Shown one piece after another: positions 1 to 9,340 of a stretch of DNA of 64,000 nt. A model generated the notes under the pieces. That model was not told where the DNA came from, ran no database searches, and saw only the letters and a list, made by a program, of their open reading frames with translations. How positions within the stretch are numbered: the stretch's first letter is position 1; the number at the start of each line of letters is the position of its first letter. The DNA is from a virus. A program made the translations under genes and the position numbers. The DNA lies in IMG/VR virus record IMGVR_UViG_3300005518_000003, positions 1 through 64,000 of that record, one strand, 5' to 3'.

Positions 1-642
1 CGCGTGGCGCGCGATGTGACGATCGCGCGAGACATTGCGGCGCACGTGCGCACGCTCGGTGCTGTCGTGATCACCGCGGACGGTATGTCCGACACGGAAG
101 ATCGAGCCGATGGCCGCCTAAAGCAGGGAATTAGTGACCTTTTTGCCGAGCACGAGCGTCACCAGATCGCCGATCGCACGCGCCAGGGGCTCGCAGTGAT
201 GCGCGCGAGGGGTCTCCGCACGGGAAAGGTGCCGTACGGCTTCCAGATCGCCTCCCAAGGGCCGCTGTCGAAGAAATCCGGACGTCCCCTTCCCTTGGAG
301 CTGCACGAGGCAGAGCAAACGGTGTGTGCGTACGTGGTGCGTCTACACGAGGGAGGAGCCAGCGTCTCACATATCGTCGACGAGCTTCAGGATCGCGGCT
401 TCAGATCGCGCGCCGACCGCGCTCTTGAGCCAAAGCAGGTACGACGCATCATTGACAACTGCGAAGGGCTTCGGAAGCTGTTTCCGGAACATGCCGGCGG
501 CAGGCTCGGAAAGATCCTTTCGTGTGGCCGCGGTCATGTGCACGAGGACGCGCGCGAAGGATCGTACTGTTGTCGAAACGAGTGTGCAGCCGACCGTGGG
601 ACGTACGAACCGATGAGACGAATCGAATGGAGAAAAAAATGA
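1..642 (+). CDS. Serine recombinase (resolvase/integrase family), 5' truncated
   Basis: EHERHQIADRTRQGL...G.RTGKVPYGF helix-E and recombinase-domain signature; catalytic N-terminus (YxRxS) not in the window and the frame is open from base 1. Confidence 0.85.
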   Translation, partial: RVARDVTIARDIAAHVRTLGAVVITADGMSDTEDRADGRLKQGISDLFAEHERHQIADRTRQGLAVMRARGLRTGKVPYGFQIASQGPLSKKSGRPLPLELHEAEQTVCAYVVRLHEGGASVSHIVDELQDRGFRSRADRALEPKQVRRIIDNCEGLRKLFPEHAGGRLGKILSCGRGHVHEDAREGSYCCRNECAADRGTYEPMRRIEWRKK

Positions 643-962
643 GTGATGGTCAGTTCAAGGAATTCAGTCCCGAAGAAATGCGTGCGGTTGCGTTTCGCAT
701 TGGAGATCTTCTGCTCAGGTTGCCTGCGCTCTCTCGACACCTGCGACACGAACATCCGTTCGATACTTACCGAGACTACGTGCAACTGGACCAGAGCACC
801 TCCGACAAAATTGAACGTGCAGCGGTGGAATATCTACACGATCTTTTGCGCGCCAGGACGTTGAAGACGCCGGACATCATGAAGAAGTGGTTCAGCGAAG
901 ATCCGTGGGAGTACAACCCGACAGAAAACCTAGGCGATCCGCCTGCTTGGTTGTTTGGCTGA
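639..962 (+). CDS. Hypothetical protein
   Basis: ATGA overlap with the recombinase stop; GGAG RBS. Confidence 0.6.
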   Translation: MSDGQFKEFSPEEMRAVAFRIGDLLLRLPALSRHLRHEHPFDTYRDYVQLDQSTSDKIERAAVEYLHDLLRARTLKTPDIMKKWFSEDPWEYNPTENLGDPPAWLFG

Positions 963-979
963 AGCCAGAGCGGCGCGAG

Positions 980-1501
980 TTACTTCTTGCCCCTAGGAAT
1001 GCGGTGCGGCAGGTCTTTCTTCGCGACCTTGGCTGGTGCCGCGGCGGAAGCGAGAGCTGCCAGCTCGGCCGGCGGTGCGAACGGCTTACTGGCCTCCGTG
1101 AGCTCTTCGATCAACGCGATGATCCATTCGCCCGTGTCGACGTTCTCGAGCACCGCGTACGGCTGATCGAACGCGTTGAGCACGTAGGTGAAAATGCGGC
1201 CGATCCATTTCGCAGGCTGATACTTGTTGGGACCCGAGTATTCGATCCCGCCGAAGGCCCAATTCACTTGCACGATCGTGCCGGGCTCGAAGCCTCCCGT
1301 GGGTAGGCTCGTCGCGTAGTTGAGATGGACGGCTTCGTTCGAGGCATCGTCGTCGCTCATGAAGAACGGCGACGCACTGTTTCCAGCGCCGCCGCCGATC
1401 GAGCATACGAGCCAGCCGTCGACTTCGTTTTCGACGCGAGGGAGCGTCAGTTGCCAAATGCGACGGAAGTCGAGCGTGATCGTATCGAATTGGTTGGCCA
1501 T
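980..1501 (-). CDS. Hypothetical protein
   Basis: 173-aa ORF in operon with upstream structural genes. Confidence 0.6.
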   Translation of the reverse strand: MANQFDTITLDFRRIWQLTLPRVENEVDGWLVCSIGGGAGNSASPFFMSDDDASNEAVHLNYATSLPTGGFEPGTIVQVNWAFGGIEYSGPNKYQPAKWIGRIFTYVLNAFDQPYAVLENVDTGEWIIALIEELTEASKPFAPPAELAALASAAAPAKVAKKDLPHRIPRGKK

Positions 1502-1511
1502 GAAAATAATG

Positions 1512-2627
1512 TTAGCGGCGTTTGCGCATTTCTGCTCGGATTTCGCTAACGAGGACCGTCGCTTTACCGCCGGCTCGTTTGGCTAGGGATTCGAGTCGTT
1601 CCACACGAGCGCGTAACTGAGTCTTCGATGGCGACGTCTGGAGACGTGCAAGCACTTCCGTTGCCTCAGATCGAACACGAGCAAGAAGAGGATTCGGGTC
1701 GCCACCGCTTCCTCCGTCACTTTCCGTAGCGAACGCAGCGATTGCGTTCATCATCAAATTGTCTTCGAGCTCGACGTTGCTCTGCGTAACAAAGGACGCA
1801 AGAGCCGCGAATGATTGCGCCAGCTCTTTGATCGACTCACTCGAGCCGATCAGTGCGCCCGTCGCAACGAGTTGCAGCACTACTTCTTCGACGAGCGCCG
1901 CCGCCGTCGTGAAGCTCGCCGCCGAGCTAAGCGTGAGCGCAGCATCTGCGGTTACCGCGGCCTGCGCGTTGAGACTCGAAGCTGTTGTAAGGGCCAGCTC
2001 CGGAGAGATCACGGCCTCGGAGAGAGAAGGCAACGCTGCGCCAGCTTGGAGCGATTGTGCTGTTTCGAGGGTAGCGTCAGAGCTTGAGGAGAGCGCGCTC
2101 GCGGCGCTGAGCGTCTCGGTAGCCTCTTGGATCTCGACCGCTTCGGTTTGAAAATCCGTCGCGACGGATAGCGCCAAGGCACCCTCACGAGATAGGGATG
2201 CATCCAATGCAATCGCCGCGGAGGCCGATAGAGACTGGGCGTCTTCTACGACCTTTCCGCCTTCCGTGGAGAAGGCCGATGCGGTCGTGAGTGTTTCGGA
2301 AGCCTCCAGAATGGCGATGTCGTCGGTCACTAGGGCGCTCGCTGCCGTCAAACTTTGCGCGGTCTCTTCCACCAGAGCAGCGTCTTCGGTGAGTGCCGCG
2401 GCGACATCGAACGCCACACTGTCTTCGTAGATTTGTGGAGCGACAGGTTGCTCGCCCTCAATAATGCTGGGGGCCGTTGGCGTATCGAACTCGTTGAAAA
2501 AGTTCGGAAGCAGCGCGCCGAAGTACGACCCGTTGACGAATCCAGCCGTGTTGATGTTGGCGCCCGTTCCGCCGTAGCCAATTTGCTGAATTGCAAAGGC
2601 GCTCGCTCCCGTTCGATAAACGGGCAC
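1512..2627 (-). CDS. Putative spike/fibre protein with ~12 x 20-aa Ala/Ser/Thr/Glu repeats
   Basis: Repeats such as EETAQSLTAASALVTDDIAI / LEASETLTTASAFSTEGGKV. Confidence 0.6.
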   Translation of the reverse strand: MPVYRTGASAFAIQQIGYGGTGANINTAGFVNGSYFGALLPNFFNEFDTPTAPSIIEGEQPVAPQIYEDSVAFDVAAALTEDAALVEETAQSLTAASALVTDDIAILEASETLTTASAFSTEGGKVVEDAQSLSASAAIALDASLSREGALALSVATDFQTEAVEIQEATETLSAASALSSSSDATLETAQSLQAGAALPSLSEAVISPELALTTASSLNAQAAVTADAALTLSSAASFTTAAALVEEVVLQLVATGALIGSSESIKELAQSFAALASFVTQSNVELEDNLMMNAIAAFATESDGGSGGDPNPLLARVRSEATEVLARLQTSPSKTQLRARVERLESLAKRAGGKATVLVSEIRAEMRKRR

Positions 2628-2630
2628 GGC

Positions 2631-3098
2631 TCACTCCTCCGTGAGGAACGAAACCTCGGAGGTCGGAAATATGATCGCGGCGCGGTTCACGAGTGCGAGC
2701 CCTCGACCTGGGCCGATCGCAATGCCTTCGGGGTACGGCTTCACGATGCCGGATGCCGCCACGGCCGCGAAGACCCACGCGTCGAGATCGCCCGCAACGA
2801 TCGTTGGCTGCGCGGTGTATGCGGCGAGATCGAGAAGGTAACCGGAAAGGGGGTTTGTTCCCGGATCCTCATCGGTCTCGTTGACGGCCGCGGGCGTCAC
2901 CGTCGATCCTGGCGTCCCGCGCGCGCTGAGACGACGAACGAGGAAGCCGGCGCCAGCTCCGGGAGCCGCGAAGGCCACGACGGAGATCTCACGACAGATG
3001 ATCGTCTTCGTCGCATGCGGATTCCAAAGCGCGCAAATCGCGTGTTGATCCGTCGCGGCGGTCGCTGCTGTCGTCCCTGAAACGCGATAGCGAGCCAT
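2631..3098 (-). CDS. Putative virion structural protein
   Basis: Small beta-rich Ala/Gly/Thr protein between fibre-like genes. Confidence 0.5.
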   Translation of the reverse strand: MARYRVSGTTAATAATDQHAICALWNPHATKTIICREISVVAFAAPGAGAGFLVRRLSARGTPGSTVTPAAVNETDEDPGTNPLSGYLLDLAAYTAQPTIVAGDLDAWVFAAVAASGIVKPYPEGIAIGPGRGLALVNRAAIIFPTSEVSFLTEE

Positions 3099-3101
3099 GA
3101 T

Positions 3102-3674
3102 TTAGGTCAAAGAAGCGGTGACGGTGACGTTGATCGTGTCACCATTCACGGCCGGACGATCTCCGCCCGTGAAATTGCCCTCGCCGAGGAGCGTCCCCGT
3201 TGTTCCGCCTTTCGTCGAATTGTCGGCCATAAAACTTCCTGCGATTGTCACCGTCGCGTTGATCGAAAAGCTCGCCTTTGCGGCCGAATTGTCCACGGAA
3301 CCCGACGCGATCGTTCCTGGCATGAACGCGGGTCTCGTCGCGTTGGAGTATCCGGTGTCCTCTGCCCAGCCGGCGTGAGAGCCCATCGTGTCGGCGGCGG
3401 CGTACGTGTTGCCTGCGCCAGGCCCCGTAATGAGCCCCACGAACCACGAAGGCGCCGCGAGTCCCGTTTTTAGTGTCGCATCGAGATATTTGTTTCGTCC
3501 GGCCGTGACAACGAGGTTCTTGAAGTCATCGGCCCACTTGAGGTTGCCGTCCTTGTCGAAACACTCGACGTGGTAGTGGTGCTCGATGGTGACGGTAAGA
3601 TGTTGTTCTCCGCTTTTGGCCAGCTCGGCACCCATGCCCAAAAAGGCCTTCATCTTCTCGATGAAGCGGCTCAT
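3102..3674 (-). CDS. Putative virion fibre/spike-associated protein
   Basis: NLVVTAGRNKYLD...GDTINVT pattern typical of small phage fibre/collar proteins. Confidence 0.6.
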   Translation of the reverse strand: MSRFIEKMKAFLGMGAELAKSGEQHLTVTIEHHYHVECFDKDGNLKWADDFKNLVVTAGRNKYLDATLKTGLAAPSWFVGLITGPGAGNTYAAADTMGSHAGWAEDTGYSNATRPAFMPGTIASGSVDNSAAKASFSINATVTIAGSFMADNSTKGGTTGTLLGEGNFTGGDRPAVNGDTINVTVTASLT

Positions 3675-3886
3675 AGCTTCAGCTCGCCGACGTCTGACGG
3701 GGTGATCGACACCGTCTCGAATCCTGGAAGCTTCAGCTCCTCGACCGTGATTTCGATTGTGTCACCCGTCGCTTCGAAGATCGTAACACGGCAGATGTGG
3801 CCGTCTTCGGTTTTGCCCGTCCAAGTGCGACCGCGCTTCCCGTTGACGTCCACGATGTGGGGATCCTTCAGCGCGACTAGCCGCAT
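3671..3886 (-). CDS. Small hypothetical protein
   Basis: 4-nt overlap with downstream gene. Confidence 0.5.
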   Translation of the reverse strand: MRLVALKDPHIVDVNGKRGRTWTGKTEDGHICRVTIFEATGDTIEITVEELKLPGFETVSITPSDVGELKL

Positions 3887-3918
3887 GCGGATAGCCTACA
3901 TGTAAGGCTTCGCAGAGT

Positions 3919-4785
3919 CTATTGCGGAAGCATCGCTGCCATACCCAGCACCCCGACCTGCGCGGTGAGCTGCGAATCGGCAACGCCGTCAGAGATATCG
4001 CCAAACGGGTTCTTGAAGACGCGTGTGAAACGCTCCAGAGATGGATTGTTCGGTGCCCATCCCAAGCATGTCGCTTCGTTGCGAAGCCAGTGCTCGCGAT
4101 GCATGAGAATGAGCATCGCGGCGAGCACTTCTTCCTCCGGCGGCACGCTTTGATCGTGGAAGTGCAGCGTTCCGCGGTCGGTTGCGTCCCAGCAAATCCG
4201 CCCATTTCGTTCGGCGATCATGCTCGAGCGGTGCGCAAGGATGTAGACGTGGCCCGTGAGACCGCCGCGAACGACGATGTAACGATCGCGCGCCCAAGTC
4301 CCGTGCTGCTCGACGGTGAGAAACGCGAGGAGCGATTCGGTCGCGGGTGCGCACGCATCGACGAAGCAATTCGGGCAGCACGGTGTGGGGCGATTCACGG
4401 TCGCCGCCGCTTCGGCTTCTTCTTTCTCGGCGACCTTCTCCAGCTCCTTCGACGTCACGCCAGAGTCGCGATGCTCGACGATCTCGATGTGGCCATCCTT
4501 GAATTTCACCGCCGAAAGCACGGCGGGACCGGGCCGGAGAACATTGACGATCTCGGGACCAACCTTTTCGAGCGGTGCGTTGATGAGCACCTCGGTTGCG
4601 TCTTCGGCGATCTCTTCTTTGATCCATCCGCGATCGAGCAGGATCGTTCCGATCTTCACGAGCGCTTTCTTCTCCAGCGGCGTCGGATCGACGATCGAGA
4701 GCTTCGTCTTCTTGTTTCGGTACGGCGATGCCGCTGGTTCGAGTCGAAGATCGCCGTTGAAGGTCGGCACGTACCAAGCTTTCAT
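3919..4785 (-). CDS. Hypothetical phage protein
   Basis: GAAGGAGA RBS before MKAWY; CCPNC motif; C-terminal TGHVY..C..P.EEVLA pattern. Confidence 0.7.
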   Translation of the reverse strand: MKAWYVPTFNGDLRLEPAASPYRNKKTKLSIVDPTPLEKKALVKIGTILLDRGWIKEEIAEDATEVLINAPLEKVGPEIVNVLRPGPAVLSAVKFKDGHIEIVEHRDSGVTSKELEKVAEKEEAEAAATVNRPTPCCPNCFVDACAPATESLLAFLTVEQHGTWARDRYIVVRGGLTGHVYILAHRSSMIAERNGRICWDATDRGTLHFHDQSVPPEEEVLAAMLILMHREHWLRNEATCLGWAPNNPSLERFTRVFKNPFGDISDGVADSQLTAQVGVLGMAAMLPQ

Positions 4786-4910
4786 GATGTCTCCTTCGAC
4801 TTGAATTTGATGAACCTGGAAGACGGACGATTCACGCGGCCGTTGGGCCACCAACCTACGAAGTCAACCGCAAACGGAGTCCTTGCTTGGTCGATTTCCG
4901 CAGAGGCTCT

Positions 4911-5489
4911 TCATCCCCCGAATCCTACCGCAGGTGGCGGCGGTTCAGTTGCCAGCGGCTTGACCGCGACCTGGTCGAGATAATCCTGCACCGTGGGCGC
5001 CTTGTCGACGGGCTTCTCTCCGTCGAGTTTCCTTCCGAGAAGTTTTTGTTCGAGCTCGGCGGCGATGTCGGTCATCCCTTCGCGGCGTGCAGTCGCGAGC
5101 GCTTCCACGAGGTTGTCGGGCGATTCCTTGCTCGTCTTCTGGTACTCCTGCCACGCCGCAATGATTTGCCGCATCATCTGCGCGCCGTAGGTCTCGGCGT
5201 TGTTTGGCATCACCCCGATCGGACCGGGGTTCAGCACTTTGTGTTCACCGAACATCACCGCTTCGGGTGCGCGCAAGCACATAAGGAGGTCATCGGACTG
5301 ATTCGCGATTCGCCCCAACTCACTGAGTCGATGCTCGAGTTTCGGATCATCGACGATCTTTTTCAGCTCCGTGCGAATTGCTTCGACGAGGTGCGCTGGA
5401 GCCGGCGCGTACTCACGCTGCGGAAGCTGCACGGAGCTTCCGTTCTGGATGGCGGCGAGCAGCGGAGGAATCGGTTGCGGTTGCATCAT
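4911..5489 (-). CDS. Hypothetical protein
   Basis: 192-aa ORF preceded by the repeated promoter-like motif. Confidence 0.65.
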   Translation of the reverse strand: MMQPQPIPPLLAAIQNGSSVQLPQREYAPAPAHLVEAIRTELKKIVDDPKLEHRLSELGRIANQSDDLLMCLRAPEAVMFGEHKVLNPGPIGVMPNNAETYGAQMMRQIIAAWQEYQKTSKESPDNLVEALATARREGMTDIAAELEQKLLGRKLDGEKPVDKAPTVQDYLDQVAVKPLATEPPPPAVGFGG

Positions 5490-5654
5490 GGGAGCTTACT
5501 GTACCACGACCGCGATTCGTGCCAAGGGTCACTCTTCGTCTTCATCGCGTATGTCTTCACCGCGGAAGAAGGCCACCCAGGCAAGCCATAGGTATTTCCC
5601 CAGCTCGGCGAGAACGATTGCAAACACGAGGATGATGACGATTTGCATTAGTTC

Positions 5655-6407
5655 TCAGCCGTGGGCCGCTTGATCTCGTGCGAATTGGTTGATGTCGAGG
5701 TTTCTTGCGTCGATGCCCCGTGCGCTGTGGTGCACGGGGAGTGCTTCGCGTGCCGCCCAGACCATGAACCCGGCTTGTTGCAAAGTTAGACACGCACCGT
5801 AGTCCTCACCGAACGAGCGCGGGATGTTGGGCTGATGCGCTCGATAGTGAATCCGCGATCGAAAGAGGAGAGGGTGCCTTTCGTCGAGCTTGCCCGTAAC
5901 GGACATCCTTCCAATGGGACAATAGGATTCGACGAGCTTTGATGCTTCTTCGATCGCGTGACGCGTCATCGCGAAGAATCCCGCGCCCGCTACCGCGATC
6001 CTGAAGTAGCCGTGACCGTTGATCTCGAGTGTTGGACCGACATAACCGGTTTCTTTGTCGACGTCGTGCGACAAAAATTCGAACGTCGGTGTGATCGGTT
6101 CGTTTTTGGTCATGTAAAGCCCAGCCACAACGTGCGCCTTGCCGGCGGCGATCGGTTCGAGGACGGCTTCGATGTCCTTGGTTTGCCACGACATGTCGCC
6201 GTCGATACAAAGCATCACTTCGTAGTCGCTGAGGAGAAAGCGACCGACGAGCGTTGCGCGAGCGAACTCGACGTGGCTGATACCCACAAGCTCATCGTAT
6301 TTGATACGCCGCGAAATCTGGAGCGTGCGACCGAGAGATCGCTTGAACTCCGGATGCACGAAGTCGTGGATCGGCGTCGAGATCAGCGTTCGAGGTGTCT
6401 CGATCAT
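5655..6407 (-). CDS. GT-A fold glycosyltransferase (GT2-like)
   Basis: AR..LV..FL, CIDGDMSW (DxD), GAGF and GEDY motifs. Confidence 0.85.
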   Translation of the reverse strand: MIETPRTLISTPIHDFVHPEFKRSLGRTLQISRRIKYDELVGISHVEFARATLVGRFLLSDYEVMLCIDGDMSWQTKDIEAVLEPIAAGKAHVVAGLYMTKNEPITPTFEFLSHDVDKETGYVGPTLEINGHGYFRIAVAGAGFFAMTRHAIEEASKLVESYCPIGRMSVTGKLDERHPLLFRSRIHYRAHQPNIPRSFGEDYGACLTLQQAGFMVWAAREALPVHHSARGIDARNLDINQFARDQAAHG

Positions 6408-6857
6408 GCGTCGAACGTTGCATGGATGCGGATTAGGTACGAAGGGAAGTCCGTAGCCATCTTTGCGACGAACTGCTTGCCGGTACGCAGATCGCGTACG
6501 AGCACCAACCCTCTTGCTTCACGCTTTCGAGCGTTTCGACGATGGCGGCGGAGTCTTCGCGTTCGGGGATTCATGGTCTTGCTTCTGTTTGAGGTCGTGG
6601 GTTGCTTGCTCCATCGCACTGACGATCGAATGGCTCCCGCGAGTGTAAAAACGCACGCGTTCGCTCCACCATTCGACGTCTTCGTCGGAGATCTCTCGCT
6701 TCGCAAGCCTTCGGACTTGAGGAAGATCGCCGAGTTTCGGGTTCCAAAGAAGGGGTGCTGCCATTTCGTTCCTTTCTTTGTTGCGGATCGCCGATTTGCA
6801 CGGCGCTTTTTCGGAGTATGAAACCGACGCGACTCTCAGCCGCCCATCCGCATTACT

Positions 6858-7112
6858 TCATCTAGTCGAAGGTGGAAGCTTGAGCAAATTCTGGTGATTG
6901 CAGTTTCGCCATCCGCCGATCGCTCCGATGTGGCCCTGGGACACGAACTGCATCACTTCCGCGAACATCATTGGCGGTGTGAGCGGAAGCTTCTCTAGCT
7001 CTTTCAAGAGCGACTCTTGAAACGCTACGGCTTGCGTTGGCGATAGCCAGAACTGAAGCTCGTGCTTCAGCGGGTTGTACCGCCACGACGGAGCGAAGGT
7101 GGATTCAGCCAC
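6858..7112 (-). CDS. Small hypothetical protein
   Basis: Coupled small-ORF string. Confidence 0.45.
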   Translation of the reverse strand: MAESTFAPSWRYNPLKHELQFWLSPTQAVAFQESLLKELEKLPLTPPMMFAEVMQFVSQGHIGAIGGWRNCNHQNLLKLPPSTR

Positions 7113-7308
7113 CGGATCGCGCCTTGTATTCGGCGTCGAGCTGGGCTTCGGTTTTGAGTCCGAGCTCGGTAGCTAGGCATCGAGCAAGATCGACCGAATG
7201 CTTGGCGATTTGTTGAGGATTGCCGCCCGTTGTATGCGCAGCGATCGAACCGGCGATTAGGGCCGATGACAGCAACGTGTACTCCTCGTGTGACGGACCT
7301 CGACTCAT
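7105..7308 (-). CDS. Small hypothetical protein
   Basis: Overlaps both neighbours by a few nt. Confidence 0.5.
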   Translation of the reverse strand: MSRGPSHEEYTLLSSALIAGSIAAHTTGGNPQQIAKHSVDLARCLATELGLKTEAQLDAEYKARSGG

Positions 7309-7691
7309 CCTCCACCTTGCCCTTGTTCTTTGAAGAGCATCGCGCGTACGGCTGCGTCCTTCGATTCGAGAAGCTTGCGGAGCGCGACGGTGCGCTCGGG
7401 ATTACGTGGAAGCTTCTCGACGAGATGATACGCCATGGCGTGGAACGGCCGCGAAACCTCCTGAAGGTGCGACGGAAGATGTTCGTAGGCGAAAAATTGG
7501 AGAATCGGCTCGTTTTCCATCACCACTCCTAGGTAGGCTTCTGCGTCTTCTTTCTCAGCAAACCGTGCGACGACTCGAGATGTGACACCGTGCTCGCCTT
7601 CGGGCGTCGGAACGAGAACGTTGACCGCCCACGGACAATCGCGCGTCGTGATGATGCGCGATACAAACACTTCGGGAAATTTGTTCATCAC
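7305..7691 (-). CDS. Conserved phage helical-hairpin protein, possibly Acb2/Tad1-like
   Basis: C-terminal FFAYEHLPSHLQEVSRPF...LPRNPERTVALRKLLESKDAAVRA. Confidence 0.55.
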   Translation of the reverse strand: MMNKFPEVFVSRIITTRDCPWAVNVLVPTPEGEHGVTSRVVARFAEKEDAEAYLGVVMENEPILQFFAYEHLPSHLQEVSRPFHAMAYHLVEKLPRNPERTVALRKLLESKDAAVRAMLFKEQGQGGG

Positions 7692-8149
7692 GCGACCTCT
7701 TTCCAGATCTGTCCGTCACGGATTCGACGGAGGGTCACACGTGAAACTCCGAACTCTTTGGACAACCTCAAGAGAGATTCTGAAGCCATGCGTTTACGCA
7801 GCGTCCGAACTTGTTTGGGCTTGAGCTTGCGCGTGTTGTCTCCAGCTCTGCGAGGAATGAAGCTACGAAGTGCGCGATCAATCTGTCCTTGTCGACGTTC
7901 GCCCATCAGAGGGCGCAAACGCTTCATGAGTACGGCGGCACGAAGACCTCGCAGAATGAGCTGGTAGCAGCGTTTGTAATACGAGGGACCGTTGCGTTTG
8001 ATCGAGAGATACTGCAATTCCCACAACGCTGCGACGCGCGAGACAACATCTCGATCTGTCATCGACAAAGAAATGCGAATTGCATTCGGAGCGCTCGGCG
8101 GACCACGCATGAAACTGCCTTCACCTTCCATAAGATCATCGCGGGTCAT
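7688..8149 (-). CDS. LAGLIDADG-type homing endonuclease with truncated motif helix and C-terminal HTH
   Basis: MEGEGSF...ISLSMTDRDVV...RPLMGERRQGQI; the usual WLAGL before EGEGS is missing. Confidence 0.7.
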   Translation of the reverse strand: MTRDDLMEGEGSFMRGPPSAPNAIRISLSMTDRDVVSRVAALWELQYLSIKRNGPSYYKRCYQLILRGLRAAVLMKRLRPLMGERRQGQIDRALRSFIPRRAGDNTRKLKPKQVRTLRKRMASESLLRLSKEFGVSRVTLRRIRDGQIWKEVA

Positions 8150-8157
8150 GAAAAATT

Positions 8158-8247
8158 CGGCCCGAGTGGCAGGTGCGCAAAAAGGTGGTTCCGTAGACCA
8201 CTGGAGTACAAGTCCAGCTTGCGTGTAGGCACCGACCTGCCGGGCCG
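8158..8247 (-). ncRNA. Candidate structured RNA (long stem closing a junction with two 7-nt-loop hairpins)
   Basis: Pairings CGGCCC/GGGCCG, GGCAGGU/ACCUGCC, ACGCAA/UUGCGC; hairpin loops CUUGUAC and CUACGGA; promoter-like motif at 8257-8267. Confidence 0.55.
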
Positions 8248-8284
8248 TGTGAAGAGACTACTCTACCACGGAGGTCCTGACCAA

Positions 8285-8758
8285 CTATTTGTGAAGCGTG
8301 AAGATGTGCGCTCCGCGGAACTCAGGAAGCTGCACGCCAGAGCCATCGGGCGGTTTCGTCGCCCATTGCCCTTGGTAGTCGTCTCCGCCGATCCCGAGAA
8401 TCTTCACGTTGAAGACCTTCGGGATCCCTTTGTCTCCGTACGTGAACACGAGCGAAGCGGTCATGCCGATATGAGCGTCCCTGTCCGGATCGAGATTGGC
8501 GGGACGAATTCCGCGAACATCGCGAAGAACCCACCCTCCACCGAAATCCGATTCGTCGAAATTCGGTGTCGTGCCCGCGTAGTACGACCCCGGCGGAAGG
8601 GAGAGCGGAAAGCCGGGTTGCCATCCATACGGTGGTTTGAGGTCTTGCGGCGGCGGAAGCTCTTTCTTTGAGCTTCGCCATCGCAGGAAGAATCCACCTA
8701 CGCTTGCGAGGACGAGTCCGCCTCCAGCAGCAAGGGCAATTCGTTGGCCGCGCTCCAT
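8285..8758 (-). CDS. N-terminally membrane-anchored protein
   Basis: IALAAGGGLVLASVGGFFLRWR TM segment. Confidence 0.65.
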   Translation of the reverse strand: MERGQRIALAAGGGLVLASVGGFFLRWRSSKKELPPPQDLKPPYGWQPGFPLSLPPGSYYAGTTPNFDESDFGGGWVLRDVRGIRPANLDPDRDAHIGMTASLVFTYGDKGIPKVFNVKILGIGGDDYQGQWATKPPDGSGVQLPEFRGAHIFTLHK

Positions 8759-8903
8759 CGGCCAAGAATAGCCGGACTATTTGATGAGCGCGACCGTTTT
8801 ACCGGCCGAATCTGGCCGACTCCAGCCCAGTCCTTCACTTTCTGCCAACGCATCAGAATGAGTCCGATGATCATGAACCAAACCGGAAGCGTTGTAATGA
8901 AAA

Positions 8904-9086
8904 TCATCGGGCTTTGTCCTTTGGCGGTTCGGGAACGGCAGGGATGGGTGGAAGTTCCTGACCCATGTCAGCGAGCGCGAGGCACGTGTTGCACATGCCG
9001 TTTCGTGCAACCGGTTGTCCCGGATGCCTGGGGCAGCTCGGCGACGCCGGCCGAGGAGTAACGCGTCGTGTGTGTGAACCTTTCAT
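8904..9086 (-). CDS. Small Cys/His protein
   Basis: CPRH...CNTC; 4-nt overlap with upstream ORF. Confidence 0.45.
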   Translation of the reverse strand: MKGSHTRRVTPRPASPSCPRHPGQPVARNGMCNTCLALADMGQELPPIPAVPEPPKDKAR

Positions 9087-9340
9087 ATTGACCTTTCCTT
9101 GGTGCATTCTTCGCAGTGTTCCGTCCGGTGTTCCCGTGCGATGTAGCACTTGGCACAAGTGCACCTGCACCGAGCGCGATCGATCACGCGCTGCGCACGC
9201 TGACCGATCTCGGAAGCGAAGTCGCGGATGTCTTCGGCGACACTTGCGGTCGCATGGTCTACGGCCTTCGTTGCAACGCGTCCGAGTCCTCGGAGGATGA
9301 ACTGCGCGGCCGGATGCATTGGTTCTTTCCGCGGCATCAC
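9083..9340 (-). CDS. Small hypothetical protein with Cys-rich C-terminus
   Basis: Coupled ORF; CRCTCAKC...HCEEC. Confidence 0.5.
   Translation of the reverse strand: MMPRKEPMHPAAQFILRGLGRVATKAVDHATASVAEDIRDFASEIGQRAQRVIDRARCRCTCAKCYIAREHRTEHCEECTKERSI

Noticed and set aside
6404-6853. Small overlapping ORFs (6404..6574, 6519..6764, 6571..6801)
   Set aside because: Conflicting frames with no recognisable motifs; cannot tell which are real
8158-8247. Calling this element a tRNA (e.g. tRNA-Sec-like because of the CTGGA...TCCAG arm)
   Set aside because: No T-arm consensus, no canonical acceptor stem or CCA, and the anticodon is not TCA; kept only as an ncRNA candidate
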